This document shows, in pieces, positions 1 through 8,800 of a stretch of 35,809 bases of DNA (positions are counted from its first letter, which is position 1; each line of letters starts with the position of its first letter). The stretch covers positions 1 through 35,809 of the IMG/VR virus record IMGVR_UViG_3300044448_000545; one strand, written 5' to 3'. This stretch comes from a virus. Its lineage: Duplodnaviria > Caudoviricetes. The translations under genes and the position numbers were made by a program. The notes under the pieces are model-generated. The model had not been told where the DNA came from. It worked only from the letters and a program-made list of their open reading frames with translations, and ran no database searches.

Positions 1-432
1 AAAAATAAAATAGAATCAGGTGATTTAGTGTTAGTATCTGACTCTAGCAAATCAAATGCAACAAAATCTGCTACAATAGACCAGCTGTCAGCTTATATTG
101 TACCTAGTATTAATATTTATGACTCTTACACAGCGTTGTTAAACCAGACAGGTACCAATGCTCCTGTAGCTACTGTACTGTCTAGTAATTTAACGGGTAC
201 ATTAACTTGGGCGCGTACTGCTCAAGGAACTTACACGTTAACAGCTAGCGTAGCTACTTTCACAAATGCAAAAACAATAGTATTTGTAAACCCAGGTTCA
301 AATTTAGGAAGTCTAATTACTTGGACAAGAACAAGTGACACTGTTCTAACAATACAATCACACACTACTACCGGTCAGGCTTCAGACGGCATTATAGCTG
401 ATGGATCTTTTGAAGTAAGAATATACACGTAA
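1..432 (+). CDS. Virion structural/fibre-associated protein, 5'-truncated
   Basis: The frame is open from base 1 (KNKIESGDLVLVSDS...ATKSATIDQL), so the GTG at 28 is probably internal. The D-L-x-x-x-S...TKS motif resembles the N-terminus of the next ORF. The C-terminus is Thr-rich and beta-like. Confidence 0.75.
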   Translation, partial: KNKIESGDLVLVSDSSKSNATKSATIDQLSAYIVPSINIYDSYTALLNQTGTNAPVATVLSSNLTGTLTWARTAQGTYTLTASVATFTNAKTIVFVNPGSNLGSLITWTRTSDTVLTIQSHTTTGQASDGIIADGSFEVRIYT

Positions 433-439
433 AAAACAC

Positions 440-778
440 ATGGCAATAATATACTCTTATCCACTTGTAACCGTTCCAGAACCAACAGATCTTTTTATTA
501 TAAGCAAGACTATTGAAGATGAGAATAGAATAGAAACCAAGAGTATAAAATTCGAGGATTTACAAAAAAGCATTACAGGTGATAAAACTTTTGTGTTCAC
601 CCAAGGTGTTGCTGCTAATTTTTGGGATATAACACATAACTTAAATAAATTTCCTTCTGTGCAAGTGGTAGATACAGGTGAAAATTCTATATTAGGATTT
701 CAAATAAATTATGTAAATAACAATAGATTAACACTTACCTTTATAGTACCTTTTGCAGGTAAAGCATTTTTAAACTAA
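440..778 (+). CDS. Small virion structural protein (fibre/collar-associated)
   Basis: 112 aa. C-terminal FVFTQ...WDITHNLNKFPSVQVVD...FAGKAFLN beta domain of the kind seen in phage fibre-associated proteins. Confidence 0.7.
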   Translation: MAIIYSYPLVTVPEPTDLFIISKTIEDENRIETKSIKFEDLQKSITGDKTFVFTQGVAANFWDITHNLNKFPSVQVVDTGENSILGFQINYVNNNRLTLTFIVPFAGKAFLN

Positions 779-782
779 AAAC

Positions 783-2144
783 ATGGCAATAGCATTTTTA
801 AACAACATAACATTCTCTGGTGGAGCTCAAGCTGAAAAACTAAGATTAGAGAATGCAGGTACTAACCCATCAAATCCAAATGAAGGGCAATTATACTTTA
901 ATACATCAGATGATGTTGTTAAGGTATATGCTAACGGTGCTTGGGTAGAAGTAGGTGGTGGTGTAGAGTCATTAACAGCTGGAACTTACTTAACTAATGC
1001 TGGAACCGCAGCGGCTGTAGTTTTAAACCACGATGCTACAACTAGAACAAATACTACTAGTGTTACTTCACCTGCTTATGGTGGAACTTTTACAGCTGTA
1101 GATAGTGTAACTACAAATGCGACAGGACACGTATCAGCTGTAAACCTTAAAACTGTTACGTTTCCAGCAGCTGAAGACTACACATGGACAGCTGCAGCGG
1201 ATACCGGTGGCAATAGAATTATACAAAGCGGAAACACGATTGATTTTACAGGTGGAACAAATATAAATACAGCTAATGTTTCAGGTGAAACTAGATTTCA
1301 TTTAGATGATAGCATTACTCTAGCTGGTACGCTTACTGTAAACGGTACAGGTCAATCGAGCTTCGGTGGCCAGGTAACAGTACCAACCACGCCAAGTGCT
1401 GGAACTGATGCCGCTTCTAAATCTTATGTAGATAGTTTAGTTTCTGGAGGCTTAACTTTTAAAGGTGGGTTTAATGCTGGAACTGGTGCTATTGACGGAG
1501 GCGGTAACTTAACAACTGGAGCTTCTAGAGTTGCTGTTGCTATTGGTGATTACTACGTTGTAACAACCGCTGGTAGTTTCTATGGTTCTGTTGCATTAGA
1601 TGTTGGTGATTCTGTTATAGCTAAACTAGCTGCCGCGCAAGGAACATCTGATATAAATGACTGGGTAATTGTACAGGGTGATGAAGGTGTCACAACATTT
1701 TCTAACAGCAATGGTGGTACCTATGTAAATTACGGAACAACAAACTCCGGAGCTATAGGTGCTGTTGATATTGGTGATGTAGATTTAACAGCTGTCGACG
1801 GTACCTCTGATACTACTACAAGATTCTTATCTAAAGATAACACGTGGGACGTTCCTTCATATACAGCTAGTGGTGCTTCTGGTAAAAAAATTGTACTTAA
1901 TAGCGCGCTAGCGTATGTATCAAAAGCAGATGCTGGTGGTATAAGAACTTTTACAGTTGACGTATCAAACGCGGCTGTATTTGGTTCTGGTTCTACAGCT
2001 ATTAATGTTAAATGCGAAGTTATAACAGCTGCCGGTCAAACAGTGTATGCAGATATAACAAGATCTTCTGCTAATTTAAATGTAGCTTTTATAGGCACAC
2101 CAGCGGATTCAGCTTATGAAGTATTACTTGCATACGTAGGTTAA
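783..2144 (+). CDS. Tail fibre/spike-like structural protein
   Basis: 453 aa, Gly/Thr/Ala-rich. Contains EGQLYFNTS, DAASKSYVD and GDYYVVTTAG...DVGD motifs typical of phage fibres. Confidence 0.75.
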   Translation: MAIAFLNNITFSGGAQAEKLRLENAGTNPSNPNEGQLYFNTSDDVVKVYANGAWVEVGGGVESLTAGTYLTNAGTAAAVVLNHDATTRTNTTSVTSPAYGGTFTAVDSVTTNATGHVSAVNLKTVTFPAAEDYTWTAAADTGGNRIIQSGNTIDFTGGTNINTANVSGETRFHLDDSITLAGTLTVNGTGQSSFGGQVTVPTTPSAGTDAASKSYVDSLVSGGLTFKGGFNAGTGAIDGGGNLTTGASRVAVAIGDYYVVTTAGSFYGSVALDVGDSVIAKLAAAQGTSDINDWVIVQGDEGVTTFSNSNGGTYVNYGTTNSGAIGAVDIGDVDLTAVDGTSDTTTRFLSKDNTWDVPSYTASGASGKKIVLNSALAYVSKADAGGIRTFTVDVSNAAVFGSGSTAINVKCEVITAAGQTVYADITRSSANLNVAFIGTPADSAYEVLLAYVG

Positions 2145-2161
2145 TAATAAAATAAAATTAA

Positions 2162-5098
2162 ATGGCAATACAATTCCTTAATAATGTCGCGGTAGATACT
2201 AACGTTCTATTTGTAGATACAGTAAACGATAGGGTTGGGATTGGGACAACTTCGCCTGACACTTTTTTGCATATTGATTCAGCTTCAACAAACAATGTAC
2301 CGTTGAAAGTTGAGTCAGGTGCATCAAGTTGTTTTGTTCAATTTATGGACACCGGAACAACTGCTAATTTTAAAGTAAGGGTTGGTTCAAGTGGTGATAA
2401 ATTGCTTTTATGGGCGGGTGGTTCTGAACGACTGCGCATCAATTCCTCAGGCAACGTCGGGATCGGAACGACTAGCCCTAGTCAGCCTTTAGAAGTTGCA
2501 GGTAACATACAAGCTACAGGCACAAGGTCTATATCTGCTCAATATGATTCTAATCATTATATGAGACTTGAAGCTAATTCTTCAGGTGGTATTTTAAAAG
2601 GTACAGATGGTGGAGTGGAAACAGTTCTAGTTAGAACTTATGGTGATTCATATTTTAATGGCGGCAACTTCGGTATCGGAACGACGAGTCCTGGGCATTT
2701 ATTAGAAGTTCGCGGTACTGCAGATGCTTTAAGCGTTGGCGATGATTCTAATACAAATACTTACGCTAGATTTGCTAATGATAGAACTTATTTTGGTTAT
2801 TTAAGTAGCGGAAATGCTTTTATGCAAGGCGGCGGTAGTAAAGGTATTTCTTTTCATACTGGATCTAGCACATTAGGTGCTAATGAAAGAATGCGTATCA
2901 ACACTACCGGCGACGTCGGGATCGGAACGACAGCCCCTGGGAATAAATTAGATATTGTAAGCGGATATAACAACGGAGTTAGAATATCTGGGGAAGGCAC
3001 TGTAAACAATTGGATGGATATTAAAATCTTAAATTATGTTACTGAAGCTCAGGCAGCATCTTTTACTGATTCCAACCATATTTATACAACGAACCCAACA
3101 AGCGGAACGGCTTTTCCCTTTACAGAATATGGTGCTTTAGTTATTGAAGGAAGAGATGATGCAAGCAATACCGGAATTGCATTAAGAACAGGTAACGGCA
3201 GCGGCCAAGAAACAAGATTAGCAATTTTAGGCAACGGCAACGTAGGCATTGGGACGACTAGTCCATCAAATAAGCTTGATGTTAACGGGATAATAGAAGC
3301 TGATAAATTAATATTACCCACTGCGGGTACTACCGGGGCTGGCACAGTTACAACACCTGCTGGTAAACTTGATATTAGAAGCGACAGTACCTTTTCTAAT
3401 TCTGCTATTGTAGCACGCGGAACAACAAACCAAAACCCTGTGTTAGCCTTTTATAGGCCAACTGGTAGCGCTGCCACTTCATATCCTTGGTGGCTTGAAG
3501 CTAACGGAAGTACTTTTCAAATTAAAACAGGAAGCGCTGCTAATATAGGTTCTGAATCTGTTTCTGCAAAAGTAACTATTAATAGTTCTGGCAGCATAGG
3601 GGTTGGAACGACTAGTCCTGTACAAAAAGTGCATATTGACGGAGGTTCTTCAAACTCTTATTTACACTTTTCAAATACAGACACAGGTGCAACCTCAAGT
3701 GATGGATCTGATATTGGTATTACTGGTGAGGAAGATTTAATTGTTTGGAATAGAGAAGCTACAAACTTGAGATTTGCAACTTCCGGGACTGAGCGCGCGC
3801 GTATTTCTAATAATGGCAGCTTTGGGATCGGAACTACTTCGCCTACTTCGCAGCTTTCAAATACAAATATTAATCCTACAGACGCAGCAGGTATAGGGAA
3901 TAGCGGAACTGCATTAACTTGGAGATCAGGCAATCAAGGTTATGTAGGAACATTTGACAATTCTAATGATAGCACTGTTTCTAACGGGCTATTAGTAAAA
4001 ACGTCTAACACTGGCACAGCATCATATATTGCAAAATTTGAAAGCGGCGGTGTTAATAAAATGTCGATTAGGTCTGATGGCAACGTAGGTATTGGAACGA
4101 CGAGTCCTGCTGAAAAACTTGACTTAAACGGGACTTCTATACTTAGAGGTTTAGTTAATATAACTACAAGCGGTGAGATGTTAAGGTTAAATGACACAAA
4201 TTCGTCAGGTAACCCATATATGAGTTTTTACCAAAATGGCACTAGAAGATCTTTTATACAGCACGCTGATAACGGCGATTTCCTTAAATTAGCAAGTGAG
4301 TATGGCGGTATTAGTTTCTTTACAGGAACAGGAGGTACTGAAACTCAAAAAATGACAATACTGTCTGGCGGCAACGTCGGGATCGGGACGACTAGTCCTG
4401 CATATTTACTTGATGTAAACGAAGATGATAACGTCTCAGCGTTTCGTGTTACAGGCGGTGGAGGCGGAGCGGCAATAGCTAGTTTTGTAAGAGATGTAGG
4501 GGCTACTGGTTCTTCAGTAAATATAAATGCTCAAAGTAATTTTCCTCAAATACAATTAGTTAGTACAGGTAACACTTTTTCAGTAGGTGTAGATTCCAGT
4601 GGTAATTTTAAAATATCAGATAATACGGCTATTGGAACAAATGATAGGATTACAATAGACAATACTGGCAACGTTGGGATTGGGACGACGAGTCCTTCAT
4701 TCCAGTTAGAATTATCAACTGACTCAGCGGGAAAACCAACGTCTAGCGCTTGGACTATAGTATCTGACGAAAGAGTAAAAACGAATATACGAACTTACGA
4801 AACAGGACTTCAAGAGCTATTGCAAATAAAGCCTAAAGTTTTTGATTACAATGGCAAAGCAGGGTTTGACACTGAAGCTAAAAACAATATTGGCGTTATA
4901 GCACAGGAGATAAAAGATATTATGCCGGAAACGGTTAAAAAGTATAATGCCAAGCTAAATGAAGAAGACAAAGAAGATACAGAGCTTTACAATTTTGACA
5001 CTCACGCATTAACTTTTGCATTAATAAACTCTGTAAAAGAGTTAAATGCTAAAATAGAAAACTTAGAAGCAAAAATACAAATATTAAAAAATAAATAA
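2162..5098 (+). CDS. Modular tail fibre with GNVGIGTTSP repeats and C-terminal intramolecular chaperone (Peptidase S74-like)
   Basis: 978 aa with ten G[ND]VGIGTT[SA]P-type repeats. From about 4763: SDERVKTNI...IGVIAQEI...PETV...coiled coil, the auto-cleaving chaperone signature. Confidence 0.9.
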   Translation: MAIQFLNNVAVDTNVLFVDTVNDRVGIGTTSPDTFLHIDSASTNNVPLKVESGASSCFVQFMDTGTTANFKVRVGSSGDKLLLWAGGSERLRINSSGNVGIGTTSPSQPLEVAGNIQATGTRSISAQYDSNHYMRLEANSSGGILKGTDGGVETVLVRTYGDSYFNGGNFGIGTTSPGHLLEVRGTADALSVGDDSNTNTYARFANDRTYFGYLSSGNAFMQGGGSKGISFHTGSSTLGANERMRINTTGDVGIGTTAPGNKLDIVSGYNNGVRISGEGTVNNWMDIKILNYVTEAQAASFTDSNHIYTTNPTSGTAFPFTEYGALVIEGRDDASNTGIALRTGNGSGQETRLAILGNGNVGIGTTSPSNKLDVNGIIEADKLILPTAGTTGAGTVTTPAGKLDIRSDSTFSNSAIVARGTTNQNPVLAFYRPTGSAATSYPWWLEANGSTFQIKTGSAANIGSESVSAKVTINSSGSIGVGTTSPVQKVHIDGGSSNSYLHFSNTDTGATSSDGSDIGITGEEDLIVWNREATNLRFATSGTERARISNNGSFGIGTTSPTSQLSNTNINPTDAAGIGNSGTALTWRSGNQGYVGTFDNSNDSTVSNGLLVKTSNTGTASYIAKFESGGVNKMSIRSDGNVGIGTTSPAEKLDLNGTSILRGLVNITTSGEMLRLNDTNSSGNPYMSFYQNGTRRSFIQHADNGDFLKLASEYGGISFFTGTGGTETQKMTILSGGNVGIGTTSPAYLLDVNEDDNVSAFRVTGGGGGAAIASFVRDVGATGSSVNINAQSNFPQIQLVSTGNTFSVGVDSSGNFKISDNTAIGTNDRITIDNTGNVGIGTTSPSFQLELSTDSAGKPTSSAWTIVSDERVKTNIRTYETGLQELLQIKPKVFDYNGKAGFDTEAKNNIGVIAQEIKDIMPETVKKYNAKLNEEDKEDTELYNFDTHALTFALINSVKELNAKIENLEAKIQILKNK
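2228..4696 (+). repeat. Ten in-frame ~30-bp degenerate direct repeats (consensus GGCAACGTCGGGATCGGAACGACTAGTCCT)
   Basis: Copies start at 2228, 2450, 2663, 2909, 3236, 3590, 3815, 4079, 4370 and 4667. Spacings are 213-354 nt, all multiples of 3. Confidence 0.9.
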
Positions 5099-5100
5099 AA

Positions 5101-5445
5101 ATGGCAACAGTATATAATTGGAACTGTAAAACAGTAGACGTGCACCCAACAGAAGGTAGTGAAACAGATGTAGTGTATAATGTACACTGGATAGTAACTG
5201 GAGTTTCAGACGAACTTGATCCACAAGGAAATCCATATCAATCAACTAGTATCGGTACGCAGACTGTACCTTTAGATTCTGAAAGTGAATTTATTCCTTT
5301 TGAAGATCTAACAAATGAAATAGTAGTTGGTTGGACTCAAGATGCTATGGGTGAAGAGTTAGTAACTTCTATAGAAACTGGTATACAGCAAGCTATTGAT
5401 TTAGAAATAAATCCAACTTCTGTAACTATGACAATAGCAGATTAA
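5101..5445 (+). CDS. Acidic fibre-associated protein (possible fibre assembly chaperone)
   Basis: 114 aa directly after the fibre gene. YNW...DVVYNVHW...FIPFEDLT...VVGW pattern recalled from proteins downstream of fibre genes in aquatic phages. Confidence 0.65.
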   Translation: MATVYNWNCKTVDVHPTEGSETDVVYNVHWIVTGVSDELDPQGNPYQSTSIGTQTVPLDSESEFIPFEDLTNEIVVGWTQDAMGEELVTSIETGIQQAIDLEINPTSVTMTIAD

Positions 5446-5462
5446 GTAAAAATCACTAAAAC

Positions 5463-5477
5463 CAAGTGAGTATATAA
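5463..5477 (+). promoter_or_regulatory. Putative phage promoter motif CAAGTGAGTATATAA
   Basis: Intergenic. 13/15 identical to CAAGTGATAATATAA at 28338-28352. Confidence 0.45.
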
Positions 5478-5483
5478 AATATA

Positions 5484-5501
5484 CCCGGCCAGGGAAATGG
5501 C
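5484..5501 (+). promoter_or_regulatory. Compact predicted H-type pseudoknot in 5' leader
   Basis: CCC(5484-86)/GGG(5492-94) and GCCA(5488-91)/TGGC(5498-5501). GC island in an AT-rich spacer. Confidence 0.4.
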
Positions 5502-5532
5502 AAACCAAATAGTAATTTAAAAACCAAAACCA

Positions 5533-5823
5533 ATGACACTATTTTACCAGACTCAATCGTGGGCTAGTCAACCACAAGTAAATGAAGAAACCATTAATCT
5601 TTGGAAGCATGTATCTGAAAAGAAACACTGGCGTATAGTCCAGCTACCAAACGGTTTCTACCAAACAGAATACCTAGATCCTAAAAAAGAAGATTCTTGG
5701 ATCGACGTAACGAGACGCGAAACCCTCGAAGGAGCTGAGCAAGCAATAGATGCATCGATATCGCACTATGAAAAAAAGCTTGGTTACTTACGCGGACCAC
5801 AAGTCGTTAAGACGTTTGAATAA
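5533..5823 (+). CDS. Hypothetical protein upstream of groEL
   Basis: 96 aa, globular-looking (WRIVQLPNGFYQTEY...WIDVTRRETLEGAE). A/C-rich leader. Confidence 0.8.
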   Translation: MTLFYQTQSWASQPQVNEETINLWKHVSEKKHWRIVQLPNGFYQTEYLDPKKEDSWIDVTRRETLEGAEQAIDASISHYEKKLGYLRGPQVVKTFE

Positions 5824-5855
5824 ATAAAATAATATAATCTAATCAAATCAAATAA

Positions 5856-7412
5856 ATGTCAGACGCTATAGTTAAAAACCTTAACTTTGGTAAGGAAGCC
5901 CGAACCAATGTATTTAAAGGTATTGATAAATTGACACAAGCTGTTAGCTCCACACTCGGGGCTAGCGGCAAATGTGTTATACTGGAAGATAACACCGGTC
6001 AGCCAGTAATTACAAAAGACGGTGTAACAGTTGCAAACTCTATTATACTTAGAGACCCAGTAGAAAATATGGGTGCTACGCTTTTAAAGGAAGCTGCTAG
6101 AAAAACCGTCAAAGAAGCTGGCGATGGAACAACAACGGCTACGGTACTAGCGCACTCAATCTTAACAGAGGCTTACAAAGTACTAGACAAAGAAGGTTCT
6201 AGAAAAATGAAGAACGGTATAACGTCCGCTGTCGATAAGGTTATAAAACACCTTGACAAAAACTCTGTTAAAGTTTCTGGGAATATGATAGATCAAGTAG
6301 CAACAATATCTACAAACAATGACTGTGAGCTAGGCCAGATTATAGCTAATGCTTTCCGCGGTGTAGATGAAACTGGTATTGTTACAATGGAGAAAACAGT
6401 TGAAAGCAAAACTAAAGTAGATATAGTAGATGGTGTTGAATATGATAAAGGCCTTACAAATATGGCGTTTGTTACTAGTAAATCCTCTAAAACTGCTGAG
6501 CTTGAAAACCCACTGATACTTCTTGTAGAATCACCAATTGAAAGTATTAGAAAAATACAAAGCGTACTGGAGTACGTTATAAAAAATAACAAAGCATTAC
6601 TTATTGTTGCTGACTGCGAGCCTGCTGTTATATCAGCGCTAGCGATGAACAAGAACAAAGGTAATATAAAAGTAAATGTAATCAACTCACCTACGTACGG
6701 TATCAATAAAAAAGATATGTTATCTGATTTAGCCTTGCTTACTGGTGCTACAGTTATAAACGAAGATCTTGGTGATGATGTAGATTTAATCACGCCAGAT
6801 ATGCTAGGTACTTGCATTAAAACAGTTACAACTGAATTAGATACAATATTCCAAGTTAATCGTGATAACGAAGAGGTTGATGCGCTTATCGAAGAAATTA
6901 AAAAAGAATTAGTTAAGTCTACTAACGCAGCTGATATAATCAGATTAGAAAAAAGATTATCAAGACTGTCTGCAAAAGTAGCTGTTGTAAAAGTTGGTGC
7001 AAATTCAGAGATCGAGCTTAAAGAAAAAGCTGACAGGGTTGAAGATGCTATATGTGCTACAAAAGCAGCTATCAAAGAAGGTATAGTAGCAGGCGGTGGT
7101 ATCGCGCTTTTAAACGCGTCAACTGCTGTAAAACCAAAAGATAAAAGCGAAGAAGTTCTTTTAAAAGCCATACAAGCTCCGTTTAAAACTATACTTAAAA
7201 ACGCTGGCATTGAAACGTATGATATGCCTAAGGTAAAAGGCAAAGGATTAGATGTGGTTACAGGAAATATGGTAAGTATGATTAAGTCAGGTATTGTCGA
7301 TCCTTTGCTAGTTACCAAGTCTGCGCTTAGAAACGCGGCGTCAGTAGCTACTACTATTCTTTCAACAGATTGTGTAATTAATAATTTAAGGGTAGATGAA
7401 GGCGATAGGTAA
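5856..7412 (+). CDS. groEL: Phage-encoded chaperonin GroEL (Cpn60)
   Basis: Motifs ITKDGVTVA, AGDGTTTATVLA and RVEDAICATKAAIKEGIVAGGG. 518 aa, with no GGM tail. Confidence 0.97.
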   Translation: MSDAIVKNLNFGKEARTNVFKGIDKLTQAVSSTLGASGKCVILEDNTGQPVITKDGVTVANSIILRDPVENMGATLLKEAARKTVKEAGDGTTTATVLAHSILTEAYKVLDKEGSRKMKNGITSAVDKVIKHLDKNSVKVSGNMIDQVATISTNNDCELGQIIANAFRGVDETGIVTMEKTVESKTKVDIVDGVEYDKGLTNMAFVTSKSSKTAELENPLILLVESPIESIRKIQSVLEYVIKNNKALLIVADCEPAVISALAMNKNKGNIKVNVINSPTYGINKKDMLSDLALLTGATVINEDLGDDVDLITPDMLGTCIKTVTTELDTIFQVNRDNEEVDALIEEIKKELVKSTNAADIIRLEKRLSRLSAKVAVVKVGANSEIELKEKADRVEDAICATKAAIKEGIVAGGGIALLNASTAVKPKDKSEEVLLKAIQAPFKTILKNAGIETYDMPKVKGKGLDVVTGNMVSMIKSGIVDPLLVTKSALRNAASVATTILSTDCVINNLRVDEGDR

Positions 7413-7656
7413 GAACTTAATTATAAAAATACACAAAGAAGCTTCTACTAAAACAAAAGGTGGACTGCTTCTAGCTGATATGCACAGAGAAGATATACGC
7501 TATAGAAAAGCCGATGTATTAAACACTGGAAATGAAGTAGTGGGTGTTAAAGACGGTGATCAGATATATTTTGACCGTCACGCTGGGCATGGTATAGAAA
7601 TAGATAAAGAAAAGTTTCACGTTATAAAACTACAGGACGTTGTTGTAATACTATGA
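7396..7656 (+). CDS. groES: Co-chaperonin GroES (Cpn10)
   Basis: MKAIGKNLII...TKGGLLL...VKDGDQIYF...GIEIDKEKFHVIKLQDVV matches the GroES pattern. Overlaps the groEL end by 17 nt. Confidence 0.9.
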   Translation: MKAIGKNLIIKIHKEASTKTKGGLLLADMHREDIRYRKADVLNTGNEVVGVKDGDQIYFDRHAGHGIEIDKEKFHVIKLQDVVVIL

Positions 7657-8102
7657 GGCGAAGACTAGAGGCTAGCGATATTAAAGATTTAAACATTTTA
7701 AAACACTATCGGATAATTCGCAAATGGGCTTGTAGAAATAACGGTTTAAACGATGCAGAACTAGAGCTTTTAATATACTTAGACTGCATGGACCATTTCA
7801 CTAAAAAAGATTTTGAAATGGGTTGTTACTCATTTAGCTGGGATAATAGAAGATGGAACAGGCTTCTGAAAGAAGGTTGGATAGTAGTATGGCGTGAAAG
7901 AAACAGGACAACGCAGAAGTATAACATATATAAAGTTTCGTTTAAATGTAAAAGGCTAATCAACACTATGTATAAGATTATGGTTGGCGAGGAAGATATT
8001 CCAATTAGTGAAAGACGAAACAAGATAATGCGCGGACAGACGTATACTGACAAAGTATTAATCACTTCTGTGTATAACGTAAATAAAGATAAAGAAAGAT
8101 AA
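7653..8102 (+). CDS. Basic protein, possible winged-helix DNA-binding regulator
   Basis: LNDAELELLIYL...RWNRLLKEGWIVVW...YKVSFKCKRLI resembles a MarR-like wHTH. ATGA overlap with groES. Confidence 0.55.
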   Translation: MRRRLEASDIKDLNILKHYRIIRKWACRNNGLNDAELELLIYLDCMDHFTKKDFEMGCYSFSWDNRRWNRLLKEGWIVVWRERNRTTQKYNIYKVSFKCKRLINTMYKIMVGEEDIPISERRNKIMRGQTYTDKVLITSVYNVNKDKER

Positions 8103-8103
8103 T

Positions 8104-8391
8104 ATGGACAATAAAAATCCTTTAAAATTGATTGACCCATTAACTGGTATGGAGATGACACCGCAACCACCTATGCCAGCAAATCAAATGGGTACGGCTA
8201 AACCTATGTTTAACCAAACTACTCAAGACGTGGCTAATCAAGTATATGGAAGTTTAGATCAAAGACAAATGTCTATGCCACAGCCACCTATGTTTATGAG
8301 CGCTAAACAAGAAAAAGCTTTTGGTCCTGGCAGTGAAGTATATGAAAGTGGTAACACTGCTATATATGAAGGTTTAAAAGAAAAAGAATAA
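8104..8391 (+). CDS. Hypothetical Pro/Met/Gln-rich low-complexity protein
   Basis: 95-aa ORF tightly packed in the operon. Confidence 0.7.
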   Translation: MDNKNPLKLIDPLTGMEMTPQPPMPANQMGTAKPMFNQTTQDVANQVYGSLDQRQMSMPQPPMFMSAKQEKAFGPGSEVYESGNTAIYEGLKEKE

Positions 8392-8401
8392 ATAAATAAT
8401 T

Positions 8402-8605
8402 ATGAATCACACAATAAGTAAATTACTAGGTAAGCCCACGTTAGAAGGCCAAGTAGGTGAGTCTCATGTTTGGGATGGGCCATTAGATACCACTGGTTTT
8501 CCAATGGGTAGTGGCAGCAGTTCAGGTATCACAGGTATGCAAGTAAAAAAATACCCTTGCAAATACCAAGCTGGACCTATAACCATGAGAGCAAAAGGAT
8601 TGTAA
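8402..8605 (+). CDS. Hypothetical Gly-rich small protein
   Basis: 67 aa, operonic spacing, A-rich leader. Confidence 0.7.
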   Translation: MNHTISKLLGKPTLEGQVGESHVWDGPLDTTGFPMGSGSSSGITGMQVKKYPCKYQAGPITMRAKGL

Positions 8606-8606
8606 G

Positions 8607-8762
8607 ATGAGTTTTAATGATTTTAAACTTTACGCTATAAATACAACTACATTAGGAGTAACAACGTTTACTAGGATAGAGATGGGTTTGAAATTATTGC
8701 TTTTAGTAGTAACGATCGGTTATACATTACATAAATGGATGCAGCTTAAAAATAAAAAATAA
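8607..8762 (+). CDS. Small membrane protein, holin-like (not in ORF track)
   Basis: MSFNDFKLYAINTTTLGVTTFTRIEMGLKLLLLVVTIGYTLHKWMQLKNKK (51 aa). Hydrophobic helix plus basic C-tail, upstream of the endolysin. Confidence 0.7.
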   Translation: MSFNDFKLYAINTTTLGVTTFTRIEMGLKLLLLVVTIGYTLHKWMQLKNKK

Positions 8763-8800
8763 TGAATTGTATATTTTGTTTTAATTGCGGCTTATGCTAA
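8762..8800 (+). CDS. 12-aa Cys-rich micro-ORF MNCIFCFNCGLC
   Basis: The ATG overlaps the upstream TAA (TAATG). Its last codons overlap the endolysin ATG at 8794 (ATGCTAA). CxxCxxCxxC spacing. Confidence 0.5.
   Translation: MNCIFCFNCGLC

Noticed and set aside
2228-4696. Repeat-spacer pattern as a CRISPR array or DGR
   Set aside because: The repeats are degenerate and coding, and the spacers are about 180-325 nt. No cas gene, reverse transcriptase or adenine-specific TR/VR pair was seen.
5772-5810. In-phase A AAA AAG slippery heptamer upstream of groEL
   Set aside because: The -1 frame (the groEL frame) hits TAA at 5808-5810, so no fusion forms. There is no convincing stimulator, and such runs are common in AT-rich DNA.
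6293-7318. 341-aa minus-strand ORF opposite groEL
   Set aside because: Antisense shadow of a codon-biased chaperonin gene, with Ser/Ile-rich non-protein-like composition.
8785-8793. TTG starts given by the track for the peptidase (8785) and the His-rich ORF (9391)
   Set aside because: Nearby ATGs at 8794 and 9418 fit the coupling with upstream stops better.
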